Source of the DNA: Malacoraja senta
Lineage: Eukaryota
NCBI GenBank assembly: GCA_038087875.1
Contig: CM075990.1
Span: forward strand, 6,078,001 to 6,138,000
Reading direction: 5' to 3'
Length of the DNA: 60,000 nt
Under the pieces are notes generated by a model that was not told the DNA's origin, made no database searches, and saw only the letters and a list, made by a program, of their open reading frames with translations. Shown one piece after another: positions 39,029 to 50,734 of this stretch. The number at the start of each line of letters is the position of its first letter. The stretch's first letter is position 1. The position numbers were made by a program, and so were the translations under genes.

Positions 39029-39831
39029 AATCAATCAATCAATCAATCAGTTTTATTCGTCACTTGCACGTAAAGTGCAAGTGAAATGAATTTGCCAGCA
39101 GCGGTACAATGAAAAAGAACACACAAAAACACAATAAAAATTGAACACAAACATCCACCACAGCATTCATCACTGTGGTGCAAGGCACAAAATTTGGCCA
39201 GTCCTCCTCCATTTCCCCCCGTGGTCGGGTCCTCAACCCTCCGCAGCCGCCGCTGTGGACGTCCAGATGAGTGAAAGTCAAGGTAAGTCCTGAATCGATG
39301 CCTCCCCCACCGGAGACAGCAGCTTCAGGTTGGTGTAGGCCGCAGGCCGGCGGTCGACGATTTAAAGTTCCCACCGCGCCGCAGCCAGAAGCACCGCAGA
39401 CTGCAGGGCTGGCGGTCAGAGCTCCTCTCCCGGGATCCCCGGCGAGGGACCCCCGCTCCTGATGGTAAGTCCCCGCCGCGCCCGCGGTAGAAGTAGGCCG
39501 CGGCCCGGTGGTGGGAGCTTCTTCTCCCGGGTCCCCAACTAGGGATCCCAGGCTGCGGACGCCGCGCCGGCTAAAGCCCCGGCGCGTCTCCGGGAAAGGC
39601 CGCAAACCGGTCCTCGATGTTAGGCCACAGGGGAGGCGACATGGAAAAAGTCGCCTCTCCGTGGAGGAGGCGACCAAAGCGGTTTCCCCCTTACCCCCCC
39701 CCCCACACAAAACACACAGAGAAACATTAAAAACATACATTTGAACACACTAAAAAAATTAAAAAAGTAGAAAAACTGACACGCTGCTGGCAGGGCTGCC
39801 GGCTTGCAGTGCCCCCACTGCCCCCACCCCA
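39029..39831 (-). mobile_element. GC/CpG-rich non-autonomous retroposon with a (GATT)n tail
   Basis: Minus-strand aataaaac followed by (tgat)n at 39029-39057; internal repeated gggatccc/ccgggga motifs; no credible ORF. Confidence 0.6.
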
Positions 39832-39846
39832 CCAACTTGGTCTAGT

Positions 39847-41444
39847 ATAACTTTAAAACTCTCATCTTGTATGTGTGTGCATGTGTGTGTCTTTATATTT
39901 TCACAATAACACTACGCAGTAACAATAAGATTTTTACATATTCTGACTCATATTTTCCCCTCTAAGCAGTGAACAACTTCACTGAAGATTTTATGCTTTA
40001 TTTCTCGACTTATTGCTGATTAAAGTTTAAAAGAAACCCTCCCTTTTAAAATGAGCAGCTTCCACTGATGACATCACAATGAGGTGGGCGGGCACAATGG
40101 CTTGGCTTGGAGCCCGTTTCAAACACAGAATATTCCACGAGCTTCGAGTGACATCAGGGGGTGGGCCGCATTTCCAGAACATTCCTCAATGGCTTCACCA
40201 CCTACCCAATGGTCGGCCTGCTTCATTCTCACTGCTTGATGCACTCCTTCATGCTTCATTCGGACGTCACAATGTGGGCGGGCACCATTGCTCAGGTCGG
40301 CGCCCTTTTCACACATGCCCGCTGTCGGCCTTGTATAATATAAAGACACACACATGCTCACACATAGGCGTCGAGTCCATGCCCGCCCGCAGCCTCGCTC
40401 GGAGTCCTCGGGTCGACGCCTGCCCACCCGCGGCCTCGCTTGGGTCCTCGAGCCCACGCCCGCCCGCAGTGGGGCCTGGACTGGAGACTGCGGCAACCGA
40501 GCTGACGGCTGCAGTCTACAGCCAGGGCCGGACTGAGTACGAGAACCAGGCCGAGTTCCAGGCCCTGGCGCTGCTCCACGAGCTGGATAGGTGCTGCGGA
40601 AGGGAATGGGAGGGGAGGAGGATGATGGAAATAAGGAGGGGGATCGGGTGGGGTCTCTACCTCCCTCACTCTGCCCCTCTCCCTCTACTCCACTCCCCTC
40701 TCCCTCTCTACTGCCACCCCATCCCTCTCTACCCCTCCCCCTCCTCTCTACCCCTTCCCTCTCTACCCCTTCACTCTCTACACCCTCCCTCTCTACCTCC
40801 CTCCCCTTCTACTTCCTCCCCTCTACCATCTCCCCTCCCTCTCTACCCCCTCCCCCTTCCTCTCAACCCCCTCCCCCTCCCTCTACCCCCTCTCTCTATC
40901 CCCCCCTCCCCCTCCCTCTCTACCCCCTCCCCCTCTCTACCACTCCCCCTCCCTCTCTATCCCCTCCCCCCTCTCTACCCTCACCCCCTCTCTACACCTC
41001 CCCTCCCTCTCTGACTCCCCTCCCTCTCTACCCCCCCTCCCTGTATAGGGAGTGGTGAGTATTGGGGCCTATAGGTGAGTGGTGGAGTATTGCGTTCGGG
41101 AACCAGCCCTCCCCTGTGACGCCGCGCACCCCCTCTACCCCTCACTCTCTACTCCCCTCCCTCTCTACCCCCCTCACCCGCTCCCTCTCTACCCCTCCCC
41201 CACCCTCTCTACCCCCCTCCCTCTCTAGCTGCGCCTGCGCAGTTGGGGGCTATGCGTGAGTGGATAGGGCGGGGATGGGGGAAAAGGAGCGAATGTATAA
41301 TATTAATATAATATCAAGGGGGGGGGCGGGGTTAGTGTGTGTGCGTGGGGGGTGGTTAGTGTGTCTGACACCTCAGGCCACTTCCCCCCTCCCCCACAAC
41401 CGCATGTTGAGGGGATGGGACCCAATGGGTCATACATGGTCTAG
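39847..41444 (+). mobile_element. Putative non-autonomous Helitron
   Basis: 3' end has a GACCC-AAT-GGGTC hairpin, a short spacer and CTAG followed by T (41441-41445). No TIR or TSD. Internal GT microsatellite and subrepeats. A second copy of the same 3' end directly precedes it. Confidence 0.6.
40655..41228. repeat. Polypyrimidine (CCCTCTCTACCC-like) degenerate tandem repeat
   Basis: Repeated ctctctacccc units; source of the spurious Pro/Leu/Ser-rich ORFs. Confidence 0.9.
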
Positions 41445-42454
41445 TAATTTTTTTTTAAATTGCTTCATTTTGTAAAGCCTAAAAATGTGCATCCTAAAAA
41501 ATATGTTCACAATAAAACGGGAATGTGAGTAAGAGAGAAAATAAGGTTTGCTTAAGGTGTGTTCATTTAAAGCATTCACATGATAATAAATCATCGGCCA
41601 TCACTGAACTTTGCACCTCATGGTTGATTCCAGAACTGCAGATTATTGTTGGTTTTTCTGCATATAACTGAGATTAAGAAAATAAGTTAATGGAAAAATC
41701 ATTATCGAATTTTTTGAATCCCTAAAGGTTTATTAATGGAGCTTTGAAAGCCTATAGCAAAATCAGGGGAAATAAAACTATTTCCCTCATTTTATCTGCA
41801 TTGGCATTCTACATTGCATACTTGTCCAAAAGTGATAAAGCGCAATGTAAATATTATATTTAGTAGCAAGGACATACTAACTTTGGTCAGTTGGTTTTGC
41901 ATTTGTCCTAAAGCAAACTGAAAAAGGGCCAGTGATTTACTGGTCTATGGAGCACTTTTGCAGTTGATATGGCAGTTATTTTTTAAAAGGGTAAGGGAGA
42001 GCAGACTTATCATTGAAATTTGATTTCAATTATCGAGAAACTTTGAATTTTTACTTTTTAAAGAATATTACAACATTAGTTGTGACATGTACAATGAGGT
42101 CATGGTTACAGATGATCAGAGTTTTATTTTAGCTAAATGGGGCAAAAATATTGGTTGATGAATGGATTCCCAGTGGGGTAAAAACAAATTATATCACAAT
42201 CAGATTTTCACAATGTATTTTATATTGCCAAGTTATTTCTTGCTGAGTTTTCTCCCAAAATACTGGCATAACTTTAATAGAAAATCATCTGAAATGCCTT
42301 ACCGTAGTTACTCTGCCAAGATATGATTTAATTTATCACATTGCAAATTGTGCAGCTTGTTGTGCACAAATTGGCTGCTGCATTTCTACATTAAAACGGC
42401 AACTGAGAGAATAAAACACTCAATTGGCTGTGAAGAACGTTAAATGTCCTTTTG

Positions 42455-43258
42455 GAGTCATAGAGCCATACAGCATGGAAACAGGCCCTTTGGCCCAACT
42501 TGCCCATGCCAAGCCACATGCCCCATCCACACTAGTCCCACCTGCACATGTCTGGCCCATATTCATCCTAATCTATGTTATCCATGTACCTGATTCAAAT
42601 GTTTTTTTAACATTCTGACAACACCTGCCTCAACCACCTCCTCCGGCAGCTCGTTCCATATACCCACCACTCTTTGTGTAAAAAAAGTTGCTCCTCAGGT
42701 TCCTATTAAATATTTCCCCCCTCTCCTTAAACCTATGTCCTCTGGTTCTTGAATTCCCTACTCTGGGTAAAAGACTCTGTGCATTTACCCTATCTATACC
42801 TCTTGTGATGTTATATTTGCACTTTATTTGTTATTTGCACTTTATCAGTATATTGATTCATGTGTGTATATATTTATAGAATGCCTTGTAGTCAATGCCT
42901 ACTATGTTCTGTTGAGCTGAAGCAAAGCAAGAATTTCATTGTCCTATCAGGGACACATGACAATAAACTCACTTGACTTGACTTACACATCTGTAGGATC
43001 ACTCCTGATTCTCCTGCGCTCCAAGGTATAAAGTTCTAACCTTCTCAACCTCTCTCCATTACTCAGGCCCTTGAGTTCTGTCAACCCTCGTAAACCTCTC
43101 TGCACCCTTTCCAGCTTAACAACATCTTCCTGATAACAGGGTGACCAAACCTGAACACACTACTCCAAATGTGGCCTCACCATTGTCTTACAGAACTATA
43201 GCACAAACCTATCAACTTATATACTTAATACTATGACTGATGAAGGCCAATGTGCCTT
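42455..43258 (-). mobile_element. CR1 3' fragment with a nested Rex1-like 3' end (about 42810-42985)
   Basis: CR1 3' UTR and ORF2 end; the nested piece ends in aataaac(t)cacttgacttgactt. Confidence 0.8.
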
Positions 43259-43704
43259 TTGTTGTGGAAGATAGTTTCTAACTTCAAGTCATTATTTTTA
43301 CACTTTTCGGAATATTCAATGATTTTCTGTTGAAGTTATGGTTGACAATTGGAAGGACTCTTGCTAACATGTAACCACTTTTAAAAAATCCAGGTTATAC
43401 AAAAATATTCCTTTTTCAAATAGTGTGTGTAAGAAGTGATGCCAGTGCTCCCTAACTAACCAACACCGAAATGTTTTCATATATTCTTTTATTCCTTGTA
43501 ATTAGGTGTTTCCAACTGTGATACTGAGTTATGAGAGCATTTAACCTAGACTCTGGGCCACTGTAGGTCATCAAGAGATTCCATTATCTGAATGTAGCAT
43601 GAATTCACAATGTTTACAGTAACCAATGATAATGCCAAGGTGACACATTCTTATAGTTTTGTAGTTAAAACATACAAGTTGCAAAACTCGTGTATTACAA
43701 CCTG

Positions 43705-44560
43705 AACATAACACAAACTGCTGAAGGAACTTAGCGGGTCAGGCAACATCAGGGGAGCGTATGGACAGATGATGTTTCAGGATGAGATTATTTTCAGACT
43801 TTTGGAGTTTGGAGGGGGGGGGGGGGGGGTGGGGGAGGTGGGTAGAAAGCTGGAAAAGAAGATGTAGGGGTTAGCCAAAGCCCTAACAGGTGGTAGATAG
43901 ATACAGGTGAGGGAGGTTGGATGAGGAGAGAGGAGGAATGAAATGCAAAACCAGAGGAAGGGATATAGGTGGAAAGGAACGGGGGGGGGGGGGGGGGGAG
44001 GAAAAAGAAACCAGATATAGGGAAATAGATGGTTTGGGGATGGGAGATGAATGTACTGGGGAGGGGAAAGGTGCAACGTGGTTAGGGGGTTGGGAGATGG
44101 TGAGAGTAATGTGTGTGCATTGGAATGGGGAGGGAGGGGAGGTGGGGGGCATGGAGAGAGGGGTTTGTAGGAGAGTATTATTTGAAATTGGAGAATGCAA
44201 TGGTCATTGCATCATAAGCTACCCAAGAGGAATACAAGGTACTGTTCCTCCAGTTTGTATGCGGCCTCACTTGGGCAATAGAGGAGGCCAAGGACAGAAA
44301 GGTCAGTATTGGAAGTGGAGTTAAAATGGCTAGCAACCGGGAGATTTAGCAGACTTTGGCGGACAGAGCACAAGTATTTCTCGGTAAATTTGCTTGGTCT
44401 ACCTTGGTTTTGTGAATGTAAAGGAGGCTGCATTGCAAGCACAAAATGCAGTAGACGAGGTTTGAAGAGCTGCTGGGGTCCCTGGATGGAACTGAGAAAA
44501 AAGGAGGTTTAGGTTCAGGTGTTTACAGCTGTTGCAGGGTAAAGTACTTGGGTTGGGAGA
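43705..44560 (-). mobile_element. Penelope-like element remnant
   Basis: ORF 44212..44442 (VASHFNS...KLEEQYLVFLLGSL) followed by the shared terminal repeat. Confidence 0.75.
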
Positions 44561-44958
44561 GGAGTGATGAGTGAATTAAGGAGTTGTGGAAGGAGTGGTC
44601 TGAAAGCATTATAAAGTAACATAATGGACATGGTAAGTGATATGCCAAGAATGCCAAATGTTGGAATCTGGAGTAAAAAAAACTTCTGGAACCCAACTCA
44701 GTGGGTTGTGCAGTATCAGTAGAGAAAGGAATTGGTATCATTTCAGGTGAAGATTTTGTTTTTTCCAAGAATGCCACAATATCTTGGCTGCATAATATAA
44801 GCTTGCAGTCAAATTTCACCTGATAATTGTTCCTGTGAAGTAGTTTATTGTTTTAAGAGCTTGATTTAACTCTTAATAGATAACGCTGGTAATAAACTAC
44901 ACATCGGGCAGCATATTTAGGTTGGAAAACAAAGGTCATTAAGCTTCCTTCAATTGCC

Positions 44959-47900
44959 CATAGATACATAGATACATAGAAAATAGGTGCAGGAGTAGGC
45001 CATTCGACCCTTCACCGCCATTCAATATGATCATGGCTGATCATCCAACTCAGTATCCCGTACCTGCCTTCTCTCCATACCCCCTGACCCCCTTAGCCAC
45101 AAGGGCCACATCTAACTCCCTCTTAAATATAGCCAATGAACTGGCCTCAACTACCCTCTGTGGTAGAGAGTTCCAGAGATTCACCACTCTCTGTGTGAAA
45201 AAGTTTTTCCTCATCTCGGTTTTAAAGGATTTCCCCCTTATCCTTAAGCTGTGACCCCTTGTCCTGGACTTCCCCAACATCGGGAACAATCTTCCTGCAT
45301 CTAGCCTGTCCAACCCCATAAGAATTTTGTACGTTTCTATAAGATCCCCTCTCAATCTCCTAAATTCTAGCGAGTATAAGCCAAGTCTATCCAGTCTTCT
45401 TCATATGAAAGTCCTGACATCCCAGGAATCAGTCTGGTGAACCTTCTCTGCACTCCCTCTATGGCTATAATGTCCTTCCTCAGATTTGGAGACCAAAACT
45501 GTACGCAATACTCCAGGTGTGGTCTCACCAAGACCCTGTACAACTGCAGTAGAACCTCCCTGCTCCTATACTCAAATCCTCTTGCTATGAAGGCCAACAT
45601 ACCATTCGCTTTCTTCACTGCCTGCTGCACCTGCATGCCTACTTTCAATGACTGGTGTACCATGACACCCAGGTCTCGCTGCATCTCCCCATTTCCTAAT
45701 CGGCCACCATTTAGATAATAGTCTGCCTTCCCGTTTTTGCCACCAAAGTGGATAACCTCACATTTATCCACATTATACTGCATCTGCCAAACATTTGCCC
45801 ACTCACCCAGCCTATCCAAGTCACCTTGCAGTCTCCTAGCATCCTCCTCACAGCTAACACTGCCCCCCAGCTTAGTGTCATCCGCAAACTTGGAGATGTT
45901 GCTTTCAATTCCCTCATCCAGATCATTAATATAAATTGTAAATAGCTGGGGTCCCAGCGCTGAGCCTTGCAGTACCCCACTAGTCACTGCCTGCCATTGT
46001 GAAAAGGACCCGTTTACTCCTACTCTTTGCTTCCTGTTTGCCAGCCAGTTCTCTATCCACATCAATACTGAACCCCCAATACCGTGTGATTTAAGTTTGT
46101 ATCCTAATCTCTTATGTGGTACCTTGTCGAAAGCTTTCTGAAAGTCCAGATACAACACATCCACTGGTTCTCCCCTATCCACTCTACTAGTTACATCCTC
46201 GAAAAATTCTATAAGATTCGTCAGACACGATTTACCTTTCGTAAATCCATGCTGACTTTGTCCAATGATTTCACCAGTTTCCAAATGTGCTGCTATCCCA
46301 TCTTTAATAACTGACTCTAGCAGTTTCCCCACTACCGATGTTAGACTAACTGGTCTGTAATTCCCCGTTTTCTCTCTCCCTCCCTTCTTAAAAAGTGGGG
46401 TTACGTTTGCTACCCTCCAATCCTCAGGAACTACTCCAGAATCTAAAGAGTTTTGAAAAATTATCACTAATGCATCCACTATTTCTGGAGCTACTTCCTT
46501 AAGTACTCTGGGATGCAGCCTATCTGGCCCTGGTGATTTATCGGCCTTTAATCCATTCAATTTACCCAACACCACTTCCTGACTAACCTGGATTTCACTC
46601 AGTTCCTCCATCTCCTTTGACCCGTGGCCCCCTGCTATTTCCGGCAGATTATTTATGTCTTCCTTAGTGAAGACGGAACCAAAGTAGTTATTCAATTGGT
46701 CCGCCTTATCCTTGTTCCCCATGATCAATTCACCTGTTTCTGACTGCAAGGGACCTACATTTGTTTTAACTAATCTCTTTCTCTTCACATATCTATATAA
46801 ACTTTTGCAGTCCGTTTTTATGTTCCCTGCCAGTTTCCTTTCATAATCTATTTTCCCCTTTCCTAATTAAGCCCTTTGTCCTCCTCTGCTGGTCTCTGAA
46901 TTTCTCCCAGTCCTCTGGTATGCTGCTTTTTCTGGCTAATTTGTACGCAACATCTTTTGCTTTGATACTATCCCTGATTTCCATTGTTATCCACGGATGC
47001 ACTACCTTCCCTGATTTATTCTTTTGCCAAACTGGGATGAACAATTTTTGTAGTTCATCCATGCAGTCTTTAAATGCCTTCCATTGCATATCCACCGTCA
47101 ACCCTTTTAGAACTAATTGCCAGTCAATCTTGGCCAATTCACGTCTCATACCCTCAAAGTTACCTTTCTTTAAGTAAGTTCAGAACCGTTGTTTCTGAAT
47201 TAACAATGTCACTCTCCATCCTAATGAAGAACTCAACCATATTATGGTCACTCTTGCCCAAGGGGGCACGCACAACAAGACTGCTAACTAACCCTTCCTC
47301 ATTACTCAATACCCAGTCTAGAATAGCCTGCTCTCTCGTTGGTTCCTCTACATGTTGGTTTAGATAACTATCCCGCATACATTCCAAGAAATCCTCTTCC
47401 ACAGCACCCTTGCCAATTTGATTCACCCAATCTATATGTAGATTGAAGTCACCCATTATAACTGTTTTGCCTTTGTTGCACGGATTTCTAATTTCCTGTT
47501 TGATGCCATCCCCAACTTCACTACTACTGCTAGGTGGCCTGTACACAACACCCACCAGCGTTTTCTGCCCCTTAGTGTTTCGCAGCTCTACCCATACCGA
47601 TTCCACATCCTCCAAGCTAATGTCCTTCCTTTCCACTGCGTTAATCTCCTCTCTAACCAGCAACGCTACCCCACCTCCTTCTCCTTTCTCTCTATCCCTC
47701 CTGAATATTGAATATCCCTGGATGTTCAGCTCCCAGCCTTGGTCACCCTGGAGCCATGTCTCCGTGATCCCAACTATATCATAATCATTAATTGTTATCT
47801 GTACGTTCAACTCATCCACCTTATTACGAATGCTCCTTGCATTGAGACACAAAGCCTTCAGGCTTGTTTTTACAACGCTCTTACCCCTTATACAATTATG

Positions 47901-48200
47901 TTGAAAAGTGGCCCTTTTTGATTTTTGCCCTGGATTTGTCTGCCTGCCACTTTTACTTTTCACCTTGCTACCTATTGCTTCCGCCCACATTTTACACCCC
48001 TCTGTTTCTCTGCTCACCCATTTAAGAACCCCACCACCTCTTATTCTCTGTTTATTATTGTTTTCTTCTTTCCCCCCTACATGTTGGGTCTGAGTGCTTT
48101 CCTTCTCTGCCTCCTGCCTCACACACCGTCTAATTAGCATTCTCTATTTGAGTCCCTCCCCCAACCATTCTAGTTTAAAGTCTCCCCAGTAGCCTTTGCA
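44959..48200 (-). mobile_element. CR1-clade LINE, young and 5'-truncated (end of ORF1, ORF2 EN+RT, 3' UTR, (TCTATGTA)n tail)
   Basis: ORF 47160..48140 is an APE endonuclease (LNARS, GITETW, MGDFN, SDH). ORF 45367..46788 is RT (NYRPVSL, LDFQKAFD, QGS.LGP, FADD). ORF 45050..45355 is the CR1 C-terminus. Octamer tail at 44959-44980. Confidence 0.95.
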
Positions 48201-50333
48201 GATGTTCATGAGGGGAGCTTAGCATATAAATAAGTTACATCTACATAAGAATTTCATGATTCTCCACTCTATGCTATGTAATCAAGATGATTAGGCTTTC
48301 CTGATCTTCTCATCACCTGCCCTATAGTCCTTGATAGCTTAGCCGAATAAATATTCAAACCATCTGCTTTCAAGTCTGATTAATAATGAGCCAATTTCAA
48401 AGTGCCAAATGCTCAAGAGGAATTCCTGCTAATTTATTAATTTAATATTTCAATTCTCTAATTTTACCGTTGCAGATAAATCCAAGACAGTACTTATTTG
48501 ATGTCCACAATCCTGCACACGGCTGTATCTAAGACTGGCCCATTCCTTTTTTTTAAACTCTTTGCCTGGTTATTGTAAATCTCTTTGTGGTGTTCAGAGA
48601 TCATGAAAGGAAACATTGGGATATAAGTAATAGAAGCAGGAATCAACAATGTGTTCCTTGTACCCGATTAGTTTATTTTATTATTGCCATGTGTACAGTG
48701 AAAATATTGCAATTGATCTTTAACTACTAATGCAACCAATTTGATATCCCCAGAAATCTATTGATCTTCAGACAGCGACCTTCTGCCCTCTTGGGAAAGA
48801 ATTCCAATGATTCACTATTCTTCTGGTAAAGAAAGGAAAATTTCCAACAATGTACGAACAAAATGGAGTCCCTGTAAATTAAAGAATGGGGATTGTCGCT
48901 AAAAACCCGTGGAAAACGTTTTGTCAAACAACAGTAAAGATTTAGCAAAGCTCAGGGAGATTTGTTTCAATGTCAATGAGGTTTGGGAGTCTTGGCATTG
49001 TCAGGGGAATGCACAAGATAAACCACGTGGTTAAAGTGGGTGGGTGGAATGTTGTTAAGTGAGCAAAGGAAAAACAATACTCATGGTGAAAGGAAAAAAT
49101 GCCTGCCAGGCCTCAATGTATAAACCACTTATTGAACCATGCACTTCCTTCTATACAATAAAAACAGAATGTGTTGGAAATGTTCAGCAAATCAGTGGCT
49201 TAAAGGAACAGAAATAACATTTCAGGTTAGCAACCCTTAGTCAGAAGCCATGCCCAATCAGAGCTTCCCTCTCCCCAGTCTTTCCCTCCCCAACTCTATC
49301 AGCTACTTAAAACTAACTGTTTTCTTTCCCGAACCTGAAACTGTTTCAACTAAAGATAAACACAAAATGCTGGAGTAACTCAGCATTACCCCAACATTTT
49401 GTGTTTGCATCTTCGGTGTATAACCAGCATATGCAGTTACTTCCTATACTGTTTCGACTAATGCTGCCTGCCCTCCAGAGGGGTTCTGTATTTTCTGTTC
49501 TTCTTTCAGATTTACAACATCTGCAGTCTGTTTCCTCCCCACCATTTTCATTATCTGCACAGACGACCGGAGCGAGGTCCCTACGGGTTGTTTTGGTTCA
49601 TTGTCAACCTGTGTTTAAACAGTTATCCCTAGCAGACAGCAGTCATTTGACTGCGATGTCAGCACGAGTAAGGAGTTAGGCAAAAATACTGGAGTAACTC
49701 AACGGGAGAGGTAGCATCTCTGGAGGGAAGGAATGGGTGACCCGAAACGCAACCCATTCTTCTCTCCAGAGATGCTGCCTATCTCGCTGAGTTACTTCAG
49801 CATTTTGTGCCTATCTTCCGTGCATCCAGCATCTGCAGTTCCTTCCTACACGAGTAAGGAGTCATTTGGGACATGGCAAAGTCACCTTGGAGTAATCTCT
49901 TCCTCACCTGGGGACAGCCACAGAAAGCTGTTACCCGTTCCTTCCTCCCCTCCTCCAAATTGCCCCATTGGCTGCATTTCGTTGGGTAAAAGTTTAGGTT
50001 CTGAGGATCGATGTTGAATTGTCAATAATGTTTAGTTAATGGAGGAGGAGGGGAGTGTAGATTGAGACAAGTGGTCTGTGTTTTGAATGGGCACTTCCGC
50101 TTCCGGCTGCAGGTTGCCCGTGCAGCCGCCGCCTGTCAGGGATGCGCTGGCGGCCACCGCTGAACTAACCTGGGCGGAGTGAGCGCTCGGCTCGATCCTG
50201 CCTCCCATCCACCCGCGTTAGAGTCCGCTATCTGCTGGCACTGACAGGCGGGTGGAAGGAAGACGTGGTTGTGCAGCAGACGACATTTTATCACTTCTCT
50301 TTCCCCCCCTCCTCCCGTTAACCTCACGACGCG

Positions 50334-50493
50334 ATGGAAGAAGCTTTTCGACGCTCGCAGCAGGGAAGGAGCGGCCGCGGCGGCGGGGGGAGCCGGCGGC
50401 CAGTCCGGGAACGCCGGCGGCTGGTCGTCCTTCAGGGAAAGGTGTACACGGTGGGCCGCTACCAGGTGACGGTGGAGGAGTTGATCGCCGAAG
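50334..50493 (+). CDS. BMP2K: NAK-family kinase (BMP2K/BIKE; AAK1 is the alternative), first coding exon
   Basis: Encodes ...GKVYTVGRYQVTVEELIAE-G, the start of the AAK1/BMP2K kinase domain, and ends at a phase-1 GTAAG donor (50494). The +1 frame after the ATG gives KKLFDARSRE plus a Gly/Ala linker, the expected N-terminus (see findings). Exon 2 is not in the window. Confidence 0.85.
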
Positions 50494-50695
50494 GTAAGCG
50501 GCGGAGGGGGTGGCTGTGAGGGAGGGGGAGGGGGGGGGGGGGAGCGGGAAGCCGCCGGTGGCCGTTACACGGGCGGCGCGAGGCGGGTTTTGAACCCGCG
50601 CGGCGTTCCAGGAGCAGCGGGGTCGTTAGGCGTTGCCATGGGGGACGGCGCGAGCACCCGGTGCCGCCGCTCCACGTCCACTCCCTGCTGCAAAC

Positions 50696-50734
50696 CAAAG
50701 ATACTGGAGGAGGAGCGCTCCTCTAGTATCTTTG
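50696..50734. mobile_element. 39-bp TIR-only hAT-type element
   Basis: 17-bp inverted repeats (CAAAGATACTGGAGGAG / CTCCTCTAGTATCTTTG) flanked by an exact 8-bp TSD CTGCAAAC (50688-50695 and 50735-50742). Confidence 0.75.

Noticed and set aside
39060..39740. 226-aa minus-strand ORF
   Set aside because: Stop-poor GC-rich retroposon body with no recognisable domain.
40079..41014. 311-aa ORF
   Set aside because: Mostly a Pro/Leu/Ser translation of the pyrimidine repeat and GC-rich subrepeats. Only about 25 codons look protein-like, and these are reported separately.
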